64,000 nt of DNA, from the NCBI GenBank assembly GCA_964016885.1, contig OZ024741.1, forward strand, positions 78,802,001 through 78,866,000, given 5' to 3'. Source of the stretch: Eledone cirrhosa (Eukaryota). The position numbers were made by a program, and so were the translations under genes. The notes under the pieces were generated by a model. It searched no databases and was not told the origin of the DNA. It saw only the letters and a list, made by a program, of their open reading frames with translations. Shown in pieces: positions 51,701 to 64,000 of the stretch. How positions within the stretch are numbered: the first letter of the stretch is position 1; each line of letters starts with the position of its first letter.

Positions 51701-52705
51701 CAGGTGACCCTGCTTCCAGGGCGACCCTAGGCTACGAACATTCAAACTTCCTACTTTTAATATGACCATGTTGGCAGGCTAAAAGTGAGAGGAAAGGTTT
51801 ACTTACCTCCCGGAGTCTTGTGGAGGTCGGGTGGTTCGACCTCCATAGTTGGTGGGGTTTCTTTTAGGAACCCCCTTTAAAAGTCTCGATGTGGGTTTCA
51901 CGTTCAGGGTTCCCATGTCCCGAGGAAAGCTCTCTTGAATTCTTTGTAGGAATCGAGCGACATTCGCACCAGAAACAAATCTTCTGGCAGGCGAAATGTG
52001 CTTGATTAAAAAATCTCCCCCTCTATTTGGATTTCTTCGCTTCGTGCTACGAGGACCATCAATTTCTCGTTGGCCCTTCTGACAAGCACGAAGTTTTTTA
52101 TGTTATGTTGGTGCGGTTTTATTTGTTTGCGTTTAGGTAACTGTGGTGGAGGTGGTTTTGTTGGTGTTGTTTCGGATGCGCCCGCGTTTGTTGTGGGTGT
52201 GGTGTCTACAATTTCAGATGTCTGTGTGTTTATTTGTTCTTGTGTGTGTTTAGGTTGTTTGTGCTTGGGGGATTGTGGTGATGGTGATGGTGTTGGTGGT
52301 GTTGGTGTTGTTGTTGGTGTTGTTGGGGAAGTGTTTGCGTGGGATATCTGGATATTTTGTTGTGGGTGTTTTGTACTTTGTAGGGGCTTTTTCTTAGTGT
52401 GTTTTCTTTTTTTTTTCTTTTTTTTTGGGGGGGGGGTTTCCTTCATCTTCTCTACTGGAAGATGAGGGGGTCTGGGACTGTAAGTGTGTCTGTGTCTGTG
52501 TGTGTTTATGTGTTTGTCCCTGTATGTATTTTGGGGGGAAGAGAGCTTTCCTCGCCCCCCCCCCCCCGGATGGCCAATGCTGGTGGTGGCGTTTCCGTGG
52601 GTGTTGTTGCTGGTGGTTTTGTCGGTGTTGGTGTTGGTGGTGGTCCTCGCCCTGGCGTCGGCAGCAGTGGATACCTTCGATCCCTTGCACCTTTCAGCAG
52701 TTGAA
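48733..52705 (-). mobile_element. 5'-truncated L1/Tx1 element #3
   Basis: ORF1 C-terminal part; ORF2 from 51769 with APE, RT (VRQGCPLS, AYADG) and zf-RVT; deletion near 48817; AATAAA + ATT tail. Confidence 0.88.
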
Positions 52706-52719
52706 GACCCGAGAGTGCC

Positions 52720-53315
52720 ACCAAACTCTCCTCCTCTCTATGTCTATCACACAAACTCTCTTTTAATCCTCCTCTCTGTATCTACTAAAACCAAACTCCA
52801 CCCCTTTCTGTATCTACTACGACACCGTCTCTCTTATCCTACTCTCTATATCTAAAACTAATACACTCTCTCACTCTCTATAAATATCTATACTTATCTC
52901 TCCCAAACCCCTCTGTATATCAATCACACCCCCTAAATTCTCACCCTCTCTATATCTACTACACGGAACGCTCTTCCAATCCCCCTCTCTATATCAATTA
53001 ACATCAAACTCTCCCCCTCCCTATATCTACTACACGGAACTCTCTTTCAATCTCCCTCTCTATATCAATAAACATCAAATTACCCCCTCTCTATATCTAC
53101 CATACAACACCCTCTCTCATTCCCTCTCACTCTATCTATCAGTACCAAAATCTCACCCTCACTATATCTATCAACACTTCTTCCCCTCTGTATATCTGCT
53201 ACACGGAACTATCTTCAAATTCTTCTCTCTATATCAATAAACATCAATCGCTCCCCCTCTCTATATCTAATATACAACACCCTCTCCCAATCTTCCTCTC
53301 TATATCAATTACCAC
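52720..53315. repeat. Degenerate C/T-rich minisatellite
   Basis: Recurrent CCCTCTCTATATC(T/A)A..., CTACACGGAAC and AACATCAAA units; resumes at 59047-59100. Confidence 0.75.
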
Positions 53316-56300
53316 TTGATATAGACGTGAATTACTTCGCTCCGGATTTTTACGGATTATTGTCAAAAAAACAGTTCATTGCTCAATTTAATAGCATTGT
53401 TTAGTTTAACCCCTTGCCTGGGCCTTCAGACGTTGAGTCAACTAATTTTCGCCCTTTCTGGGGCGAAATTTTCATTTTCATCTCAAAACTGTGTAGACTT
53501 GGTAGTCAGCAATGGATGCCATTTCAACCTCGCACACTGTCGTGAGTGCCACGCCCACTAAGAAAAGTGGTGGAGGGAAGGGAGGAGTACAAAGCTTGCA
53601 GCCCCCCCCTCGCATTATCGAAAAACGTTGAAAATATTGAAACCACGAAACCAAACCCGGTAAATAATACCAGCACCAACAACAAGAACAATGACAATAA
53701 CACCACAACCAACAACTGCAACAATAGCAACACCAAGAAAAACATGAACAATATTACCAACAGTGACAACAACAGCAGCAACAAAAAAGACAACAACACC
53801 AAAACAACGTTCGCACAAACTGCAAAAAAAAACGAATTATACACGCCAATTGACATAACAAATGCTAAACAACTACTACAAGACGCAAAACAATTCGTGA
53901 CTTTTGGCGAAAACGGTGCTTTTAGCATCAATTCTCCACAGGAATTACGTAGAGAGGCTGTCCTGAAAACTGTGGTTTTCAGGACAATATCGAACGAAAC
54001 AAGAAAACCAGCTCAATTATCACAAAATGAAATTGAGCTGGTTCTAAAAGATGCAATGAAGGACATAACCTTCATACTAAAAGGTAAACTGTTTGGTAGC
54101 ATTTTGGTGCTAATGAACAACCAGTCAACAGCACAAAAATACTCGGTATCACCCATTGTATCCCCCCGCTTCACCTTTTTCCCCCGCATACAGGGGAAAA
54201 AGGACACAAAGAACAAAAATAATGAGTATCACACCAAATGTAAATATTTGGTGGATACTATGTGGAATCATTGACTTTGATGAAGACAAGATAATTTCAA
54301 TAGGAAAGTCCTCCGGAGGTGTATTTGGTGGGACCAGCGTAGAAGTTCTGGTGCAAATGAGCCCAGAACGAATAGCGAATATCCCACAACGCGTGCCTCT
54401 GGACGGGCTAACTTATATAAACATTTCAGTGGAGGGAAGGCGGCCGTCATGTTACCACTGCTTAAGCAGGGGTCACCTGAGGGCTGCCTGTCCTCAATTA
54501 ACGAGTAAAAAAAAAAGGCTCTTCTGCCAACCCCGAACACAACAACACAACCACCACCACCACCACCACCACCACCACCACCACTACCACCACCACAACA
54601 ACAACAACAACCACAACAACACGGAAAAATAACAACAAAAAACACTGTTCCACCCAACCCCTCCCCACCTAAAACAAATACAAAAGCAACCACAACAAAA
54701 CCCCAAAATATACCCGTCCCCAACAACACGGAAGAGGACTCCGTATCAACATCACCCAGTGACAACGAGGGAGAACACTTTCAACAGGTGAAAAGGAAAA
54801 AAAAAAGGCACCACATTAACAAAAATGCTACAAACAGACAACCACCAGCACAAACATCACAAACAAAAAAACCCACCCCTCCCCAAAACATAACACATAC
54901 TACAAAACGCAAACACGCACAAGAACAACAAACAAAAACAAACACAACGCAACAAAAACTCTATACATACATTAACAAGAACAATAAAACTTTGATGAAA
55001 GCAATAGAAAATAACCCTTCGGTGGAAACCGAAGGGATCACTTTCACCTACGCAGCGAACAAACCGCACCTAATGATGATTAGGGTCCCAACGGAAACCT
55101 ATGTAACTTTGAAAAAGAACCATCCAATGCATGTGGGGACCAACTGCACCAAACCACTTAACCACGTCCTATTGAGATGTTTACCCACCCCCACACCAGA
55201 CACCCACACGCCACCAAACACCCTAATCCCACCACACACTGATGTCCTCACCCCACCACAAACCACCACCCCACCAAACAACCCTTCCAACACCCCCATG
55301 GAAATTGTGCAGCCTGGTCCCCAGGAGACGAAGAGATAAGTAATTTCCTTTCCTCTTCTTTTTACCTCTTCAGCACCAACATGGCCAATATAAGAGTTGG
55401 ATGTGTGAATGCACGCGGCCTGGGGATGTCCTGGAAACAGGGCAAACTCTTAAATGACCTCAGGTCACACAGAGTGGATGTAATGGTTATTTGCGAGTCA
55501 AGGATCAGCAGCGAGCGCCAACTGGCCCCCATCTTCGACGACTTTGAGATCTACGCATCTCTCTGTCAGCCGAGGGGTGGGGGTGGGGTTGTCGTTCTGC
55601 TGCGAAAATACCTGGGTCTTGCCACACAGAAGGTACACCTGGACCCGGAGGGTCGACTGGTGGTTTTAGACGTCAGCAGTGGTGAAGGTGGAGCTTTCAG
55701 GCTGGTGGCAGCGTATGCCCCATCGGGGACACCGCGACCGGACTTCTTCCGACGCCTGGAGAATTTCCTGGAAACGTCTCGCTCCTTGCTTTTAGTGGGG
55801 GACTGGAATGGTATCCTGGATGTACGTTGGGACCATGTAGGGGCATGTCCCGTTAGAGGGGGGTGTAACAGCCTCAAACGATTAATCGGCCGATTTGATC
55901 TGGCCGATAGATATCGACTAGATTTTCCGACTGTGCCACTGTGGACGTGGACTAATCGTAGCGGAACATCTAGGTCGTACCTAGATAGGTTCCTAGTTAG
56001 AAATAAGGATAGGGACATATTAAGCTGTCCACGAATGTTCATGGTTGACTATTCGGATCACAAGTTGGTGACCGGAGTGGTCAACCTTGATATAACTCAT
56101 AGACAGGGACCCGGTTACTGGAAGCTAAACTTGTCTTTACCGACAAACAAAGCTTACAGTAAGCGGATTAGCACACTAGTTAAGCAGCGTTTGACGGGGG
56201 CAATTGTCAACAGCAAGTGGTGGGGCTCTCTCAAGAGAGAAATTAGAATAGAATCGATAGGTTTTAGTCGGGAATTAGCATCAAATAGGAATAGAACTGA

Positions 56301-59046
56301 AAGGGAATTAATAAATAGAGTAGAAGAGGCGATTAGGAGTGGCAACGTGACCGGCGTGCTGGCGTCAAGAACGGCCCTATACCAGTTCTTTGATGCGAAG
56401 CACGAGGGCTGCGTTGTCAGGAGTAAAATACGTGCTCTGGGTAACGAGTGAGCCAAAGCTGTTAGCTGGGCCCGAGTGACAGAGGCAAAAAGTGGCAACA
56501 AGTCCACGATTCCGTCTTTGAAGGACCAGGATGGACGCGTGATCCTTGAACCTGAGCGGATGAACGCGGCCTTTCAACGGCGCTTTGCACGACTGTTCGG
56601 GAGGGGCGGCGGGCCGAGTGGGGCCATGGATTTCGGTCCATACCTCGACGGTCTGGCGCGGCTCTCGGACTGTGAGGCGAAGTCCTGCGATAGGCCGATT
56701 TCAGCCGCTGAAATAGGGGAAGCGCTGAGCCAATGCAGCAAACGCAAATCTCCGGGTCTCGATGGTCTACCATACGAACTTTAGTAGCGATGCCGGGCTT
56801 GTTCTCCGGTCTCCTCGAGGCGGTCTACTGCAACTGGCAACAGAACGGGAGAATTCCCAGTTCTGTGACCAAGGGCGTAGTCACGCTGGTGAGGAAGGAC
56901 GAGAACAAGGGGGATGACATAGATAACTCCAGGCCCATAACTCTGCTAAACACAGAGTTAAAGATTTTGGCCAAAGTGTTAGCGAAGAGGTTGGCACTTG
57001 TCATCGGGAACCTGGTGGGAGAAGCGCAGACATGCGCAATCCCGTCCAGGTCCATACACGACAACCTCCACCTCATGCGATACATCGTAGAGAGGGTAGG
57101 GAACAAACCCGGCTTTGGTGGGGCCCTGATCAACTTGGATCAATCTAAGGCGTTCGATAGGGTTGACCATCGGTACCTGGATGCGGTGCCAGCGGTGGCA
57201 GGCTTCGGACCCGTTTTCAGGGGCTGGATTGCTGCAATGCACAGCAGCAACACCTGCTCGAGGGTCAAGGTGAACGGCTACCTCTCGGAGCCGTTCCAAA
57301 TCACGCGATCCATCCGACAGGGATGCCCTCTCTCCTCCCTCGTGTATGTGCTGGCTCTCGACCCACTACTGCGGAAGCTGGAGCTGTTGCAGGGCATCCT
57401 CTTGGAACCGGGATTGCGGAAAGCGGTGTCGGCCTACGCCGATGACGTGACAGTAATGGTGTCGTGCGCCTCGGAAATCGGGCAGATCGGCACCTTACTG
57501 GAAAAATATGAAAGGTTCACAGGAGCCAAGCTGAACCGGGACAAGTCTGTCGGTTTGCAACTCGGAACGTGGAGGGACAAAACGATGCCCTCCGACGGCA
57601 TCGTCGGACGCTGGACGGAGGGACCGGTGAAGCTGCTCGGGGTCTGGTTCGGACCGGACCTCCAGGTGGAGAAAAACTGGGACGAGGTAACGGGCAAGGT
57701 GTTTGCACTCGCCCAGAAGTGGGCCGAGTGCAAACTATCTCTGAAAGATCGAGCGGAGGTGGTGAACGCTTATATAGCGTCCGTCATCTACTACCGCTTG
57801 ACCGTCGTGCCTTGCCCAGAGAAAACACTCGCCAAAATGGAGCGCGCGCTCTTCCGATTTCTTTGGAAGAAGCGGGCTCCTTTGGTGAGAAGATCCAACT
57901 GCTGTCAACACCCTTCGAACGGAGGGTTGGGGATGCCGTGGCTGACGCGCGTAGACACGCATTAAGGCTACGGCACCTCCAGGTATTCCTCACCGGTCAG
58001 CCAGTGTGGGCCCTGTTTGTGAGGCGAGCCTTTCCGAGACTCGTCTCACTCACCGAGCTGCAATCCTGGGTCAAGCAAAGACCGAGAAAAGTGGGCGACT
58101 GGCACATTGAATGTGCCCAGGCGTTCACGGCCCTCTGGCAAGCGGATCCGGCAATCAGTGGAGACTCAACCTCAACATTCTATAGAGGGTTGGTGCGCAG
58201 CAAGTGCGACGACGCTCTCGGAGAGGCTCTGGGCATGGAGGAAGATGAGCTGGCCAGTCTGTTCGGTAGGACGTTTGGCCCGGGACCGATAGACAACTTC
58301 CAAAAGTCCCTGGCTTGGCAATGTTACCGAGGAGCTCTACCCGTTGGGGAGAAGCTCTACAGACACGGGCGCCCGGGTAGGGACCCCTCGAAGAAGATTT
58401 GTCCGAGATGCGTGCGTGACGAGGAAACCGTCGCACACGCATTCGTACACTGCCCGGGCGTTGCTGACCTGTGGGGCTATGTGGAACGACTACTGTCGCG
58501 GGTGGGACCAACCCGGTTGACCACCGAGAACATTGTCACAATCAAACCGCCTCCCCTTTCAAAAACGAAGGAGAGGCGGTTTTTCTCTGTGTGATAGCTA
58601 TGGCGAAAGAAGTTGTATGGTGGACAAGGTTGAAAGGGCTGAGCACAGACACCTTTCTCTCCGGCTAACAACTGGTCTTTTTTTTCAAGTACCACTTTAG
58701 AAGAAGGATCAGAATGGAGAGAGAGGTGCTCTACCCCAGCAAGTTTTATGAAAGGTGGGTGAAAGTAGCGATAATGGCCCGAGTGAATGGGCCTTCTCTA
58801 TATATCAGCCTGTAGGTGAGGGAGGAGAAGAATGAGAAGAGGAAGGAAGCACCCGCTCTTTGTGCTCCTGAAGAGGAGGGTTGCACATTTTTTCGGGGGT
58901 GTGTGCGACCCATGTCCCTATTGAGGACATCGATTGTTAAATTTAATTTGTTATATGTTTTTTGCACGTCCTTTTAAATGTATGTAAACTCCCCCCTTTG
59001 TATTTGTCCCAATCTTTGATGCCCTGGTGGCAAATAAATAGAAATT
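53316..59046 (+). mobile_element. Full-length, inactivated L1/Tx1 element #4 with 15-bp TSD
   Basis: TSD TATATCAATTACCAC at 53301-53315 and 59047-59061; ORF1 ~53512-55339 (RRPSCYHCLSRGHLRAAC); ORF2 55381-58815 (APE, RT AYADD, zf-RVT) with a few stops/frameshifts. Confidence 0.93.
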
Positions 59047-59199
59047 TATATCAATTACCACCAAACTCTCCCCCTCTCTATATTTATCTCTCCCATCTCA
59101 CATATACAAATAGAAATGTGGTAGTTTGGGGACAAAAATATAATTATTTGGGCGGGAATGGGCATGCCCCCCCCCCCGTTTAACCACCCCTGAAAAACC

Positions 59200-59880
59200 T
59201 CAGATTACTTTATCCCATTCAGTATCGCTAGTTCCACTGCTTTTATCCATCTTTCATAAAACACACTAGAAGGTCGTACCTCCCTCTCTACCCCTCATTT
59301 TCCTTTTCATATTGTACCTGAAAAACTTGATGAGGACTTGACCAGAGAGAAAGATTCCTACCCTCAATACTTTTTGATTAGTCCATGATACAGCTTCATT
59401 CGCTATAGCTACCAAACATCGTAACACTTGTCGCGTTTCCTTTTTAAATGAAGGTGGTGAGTCGATTATCACTAGAGACTCGGCTGAAAATCGGATCTGT
59501 CTTACACGTGACTAAGCTTAGAAGTCTGCATTGCATATACTCTGGGTGATAGCTTGCAAGATGGTTTCATCACCCTGCGTGTTTTTCAAGACAAGCATAG
59601 CTATTAGTAGTTCTGTGTCTGCATAGTTTGTTTCTAACTTGTGATCCAATGCAGCACTGCAATTCCAGGAATGTTTGGAAGTTTTCTATAATTTCCGATA
59701 TGAAAGACACCCCAAACAGTCTCTTCAGACCATCCTCGTCGACGCACGGAATCGCTTCCAAACCATCATAACTTCCACTAACCCTATAGAAAGCAAAGGG
59801 AGACAACTGGATAGAGAGCTCAATATCAAACAGAGAGATGATATACCAATAGCCAAACAGCAGATTCTAGGAAAGGACCG
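59200..59880 (-). mobile_element. Old L1/Tx1 ORF2 3' fragment
   Basis: IENFQTFLELQC..VRNKLCRH; CLVAIANEAVSWT..FLSGQVLIKFF. Confidence 0.7.
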
Positions 59881-59899
59881 TCAACTACAAGAAGGCGTT

Positions 59900-61260
59900 T
59901 GACAGCAAGCCACACTCCTGGATAGAAAACAGCTTCTACAACTACAGAATCTGACCAAAAATTAGTAAATTCTTAACGGAGCGCGAACATGAAGTTCTAG
60001 AAGACCATCTTCAATCTTCATCATGCAGAGTAATCGTTAAAATCAAAGTCAGTCAACAACACTAAGAGTTCTCACTATCACCATTGGACTTCTGCCATCT
60101 GCTACCGTCTCCTAGTAATCTACTGAATATCAGCTGCTACGTGTGTCACTCCCAGAATGGCAAATTGAACTACCTGTTCTACATTGACGGTAACCAGCAA
60201 AAGGGTTTTTTCACCATCGTAGAAATAGAATTTGGTGTCGACAAGTGTGCCAAAGCCACATTCAAGAAAGGAAAACCCATTAAGACATTCAGACCTAAAT
60301 CTTAACATGGCACTGCGACCAAGGAGCTAAACCAAGATGGTACGAACAAATATCAAGGAGTGAACAAAGAAGGTGACATATAAGACTCAGCCATGGAGAA
60401 GAAGTTCTGGATAGAATACTACTGGAAAATATGTTTAGTACTAAAAGGTTAACTAAATAGTTTAAAACTTTTAACACCCTAACAATAGCTATAGTGAGAT
60501 GCAACCTCAATATCATCAACTGGAAAATAAACGGCTTCGAGAGACTGGACGCCAAGACAATAATCTGACTATAGAGAAAATGTACGATTCGGAAACGGAT
60601 ATAGACCGGTTGTATTACAAAGAACTACAGGTAGTCCATACCTATTTCGACTCAAATTTCGCCTTCAAGGCTAATATTATTGGGCTGGACGCATACCTAA
60701 TAAAAACAGGTAACACTTCCTCCGATTTCTAAAACACAAGATTCAGTTCATCGAGAAAGAAGTTACCCAATTCAAGAGACCGACGCTGCAGGAACTTCAC
60801 TAAAAGGCCCCTACACACCTAAAAATATATGTGGCTATCGTCCAAATGAAACGAGTGAAGCAAACAACGAAGCACTCTGTCCAGTTGCAACTGTAGAAAA
60901 TCGGAGAAGACAAGCTGGTGTATGGAAAATAGTCAAAAAGAATGCAAAGGGAAGACGTGGGCCACCCAAAGACACACCAATAATTAAGGAGCATCGGACT
61001 GAAAGCAGAGACGAAAGGCATGAGAGTTGCTTCACAAAACCAAAATAATTCGACTAGATCATATCCCAATCGCATTATCAAGGATGGAGCAAACTCAAAA
61101 TATAGGCTGTGAGGAAAATACGAAAAAAAAACATCGACCACATTATCTGTGAGTGCTCGGAACTGACAAAAATCGAATACATCCATAGTAAGGCAAGTTA
61201 TAAGAAGAAGGCGACTGAGAAGTGGTACGACCATTAACCAAACACAGTTCGTCATCCTCT
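59900..61260 (+). mobile_element. Degenerate R4/Dong-like RT and C-terminal fragment
   Basis: LNYLFYID, EFGVDKCAK, DIDRLY and a decayed CCHC region (RL..IDHII) near 61100-61170. Confidence 0.6.
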
Positions 61261-62396
61261 GGGTTATGCTTATCTACACTGTAATACTTTAGAAAGATGT
61301 TTTTTTTCCAATTTTCTTTTATTAGCTTAATCAGTGTATCAAAGACACAGTTTATGACCCTTTTCATTGCTCCCAAGAAAGTTGAGAGGAGGGGAGGAGG
61401 TTAGCCTTAGACCAGTGACCTGTTCTGAATACTTACAACAGTGAGGACGGCGCTAAATGCATCCAAGAGCCAGTTAGCTGTATTAAAGCGGAGCGTTTAA
61501 ACCTATAATATTTGAGGGGGAAGGGTTATTTCCAAAACAAGGTTTGAATGAACTGGTCTTCTTTAAAACAGCGCATTTAAAATATATTAGTTAAGGTAGA
61601 TTTTATTTGTGACAAAGATCAGTTTGTATTCGTTCAATGTCGTGGTTGTTCCTTGATTATATTATACATACTATTTCATATTTCTTAATATTCATGGAAG
61701 GATTATCTAGTGACATTTAAGTTAGCATACTTGATTTGCTATGTAAAGTGTCTATTCTGTTTTAATTTAGTATTTCGATCCACTCTTCAATGATGGTGTT
61801 GTCTGTCTTCTTCAACAATACATTGTTTATTTAACCTCATATTTCAATTGCTAAGAGATTGCAAATATAGAATGAATTCAACTCAATATGTGAGATGAAA
61901 TTGAAATGTTATAAGGTCGAGTTTCCCTCTGTACATTGTCAATAACGTATTCCGTTAGTAAGAAGAGGCAGATAGTTTTCCTATGTCTAGTGGTAATAAA
62001 AAAAATAGATAAAGTGAGTGGCGAAATTAAGGAGTTGAGACAGACATTTTCTGTTCGGCTGAGTCGCCCTTAACTTCTTTTGAACAGAAAAGTAAAGTAA
62101 AAGAGTTGCTAACCTCCAGTAAAAGTGATGGGTGAGAGTGGTGAGCAAAGTGTGGATTTTCATTTGTAATTTCATAACAGAGAGAAATCACTTGCTTTAT
62201 TTAATGTTGAAGGGTATAGATTTATAGGCTCACCTACTTTGTCCTTTCATGACATTCATATTATATAATAATAAAACGCAATTGTTATGTAACAACTACT
62301 TAGTGCTAGAATTGTCTGGGAAATAGCAATTTAATATCTTACTCTCTACCTATTTCTCTCACTACAATCTTGACAAGAATGTTAGCACCCGAACAG

Positions 62397-62397
62397 C

Positions 62398-62484
<87 letters not shown>

Positions 62485-62485
62485 A

Positions 62486-62529
<44 letters not shown>
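62397..62529. repeat. (TATC)n microsatellite
   Basis: Direct observation. Confidence 0.95.
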
Positions 62530-62530
62530 G

Positions 62531-64000
62531 CCTGACGCGTGAAACATCGCCGGTAACCTTTTTTGTTAATTTCTATGCAAAAAACTGAACTAATTGTTTG
62601 AAAAAACACATCATTTTGTAGATTAACCCCCAAACTGAATTGTCAGCTGGGTGGTAATCCCATTTTCGCCTCTTTAGCGGCGACAATTTAATTTAAAAAT
62701 TGTTTTAAAATATCAAATTTTGCCAACTATAAAACATGAATAGCTCGGAAAGAACGCTAGAGAACGTCGACAGAGAAAAGAGAGGTAAAGAGGTAGATAT
62801 TAACGTTATATCTGCTTCTGCTACTATGGACGTCGCCATAGATACGACTGTCAACAAAGAGAAAAAAATATTACCACTTGAAGATTTTAAAATTTCTACC
62901 GTCGAAGCGGAGAAAAATAACAATAACACACAGAAAAACACAGGAATTAAACCTATTAACATACATACACATGAAAAAGACAACATCAACAACTCCACAG
63001 ATACATCTACACATAAAGTTTCACCTAGTCAAGGGACTGAGATTTCCAACACCGAGGCTAACAACGATAACAACAACAACAACAACAACAACAGCAACAC
63101 CACACAAAAAAATGTCTTTCGCTGAAACAGTGAACAAAAAACAAGATTTTATAAATCTTGACATCTCCAATGCAAGAGATATGCTCCAGCAAGGGAGAAA
63201 ATTTGTAACTTTCGAAGATAAAAGTGGGTTTAGAATTAACTCACCCCTCGAAATAAAAGAAGAGACAGTTCGGAGGACAGTGACCTTTAGGACTGTCTCC
63301 AACACAACGAGAAAGCCGATATTTGTTAGTCAAGGAGATATAGAAACTACCTTGAGGGAAATTCTAGCAAATATTGACTTTCTCCAACGAGGAAAACAGT
63401 ACGGAAGAGTTTCCGTACTGTTTAAAAGCGAGGCACTCGCCCAAAAACATTCTGTGACACCAATGGTGTCAAAAGCATTCACCTTTTCCCCTACGTACAT
63501 GGGAAAAAGGACACAAAAAATATGAATAAAAAATATACCACCAAACGTTAACATCTGGTGGATCTTGGCTGGCTTCGTAGAGCCAGAGATTGCTATGATT
63601 CTTTCGATACGAAAGACTATTAGACAAAGGTGGGCGGGTACTGATTTTGAGATTCTGATGCAAATGAGGCCGGAGAGAATCTCCAAAATACTCGAAAAAA
63701 TCGTCATCGACGACAACAACAACAAAATAAACATTTCGGTAGAAGGGCGGAAATTTCATTGCTTTCGCTGTGGTAGCACAGCACACCTAAAAGCTTCCTG
63801 TCCTTCACAAACACACCACAACAACATCATTAAAAAAAACACTATTGCCAACACCAACACCAAAACAACCACCACCACAAGTACAACAACAGACGAAACG
63901 AGCAAACACATCAAAACAGCCACTCAACCAACAACAACAGAAAAAACACAGAAACACCCCTGAAAAACACAGCCCAACCCATCCCTCTCCATCAAACACT
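62531..64000 (+). mobile_element. 5' part of L1/Tx1 element #5 (ORF1 from 62736, frameshifted), runs off window
   Basis: GACGCGTG start; ORF1 similar to #4 (FVTF..INSP.E..TV.FRT; PNVNIWWIL; EGRKFHCFRCGSTAHLKASC). Confidence 0.85.

Noticed and set aside
51770-51808. Micro-intron fusing ORF1 to ORF2
   Set aside because: GT..AG is only 28 nt and out of frame in #3; no acceptor AG in #1 or #2, so only the donor-like part is conserved

Overview
AT-rich eukaryotic DNA full of (TA)n, (CA)n, (AAT)n and (TATC)n microsatellites. The repeat content looks invertebrate, probably cephalopod (inference). No host protein-coding gene is recognisable; the window is almost entirely transposons. Centrepiece (29025-38832): a very young Penelope-like retroelement (RT + C-terminal GIY-YIG, Naiad-like) with one intact ORF, arranged as a head-to-tail ~1.8-mer plus an inverted ~3-kb copy, with both 3' ends pointing outward into (TA)n. 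Each unit has a hammerhead ribozyme fold with a non-canonical UUGAGAA core (U3:A8 in place of C3:G8). At least seven more hammerhead folds lie in Penelope remnants. Also present: several L1/Tx1-clade elements (two chained through (ATT)n tails; four share a splice-donor-like motif at the ORF1 stop), an RTE LINE with a PHD finger inside its RT, R4/Dong remnants, DD37D (maT) Tc1/mariner copies, a hAT MITE within a foldback inversion, and tRNA-derived SINEs. All calls were made by eye; no searches or folding programs were run.
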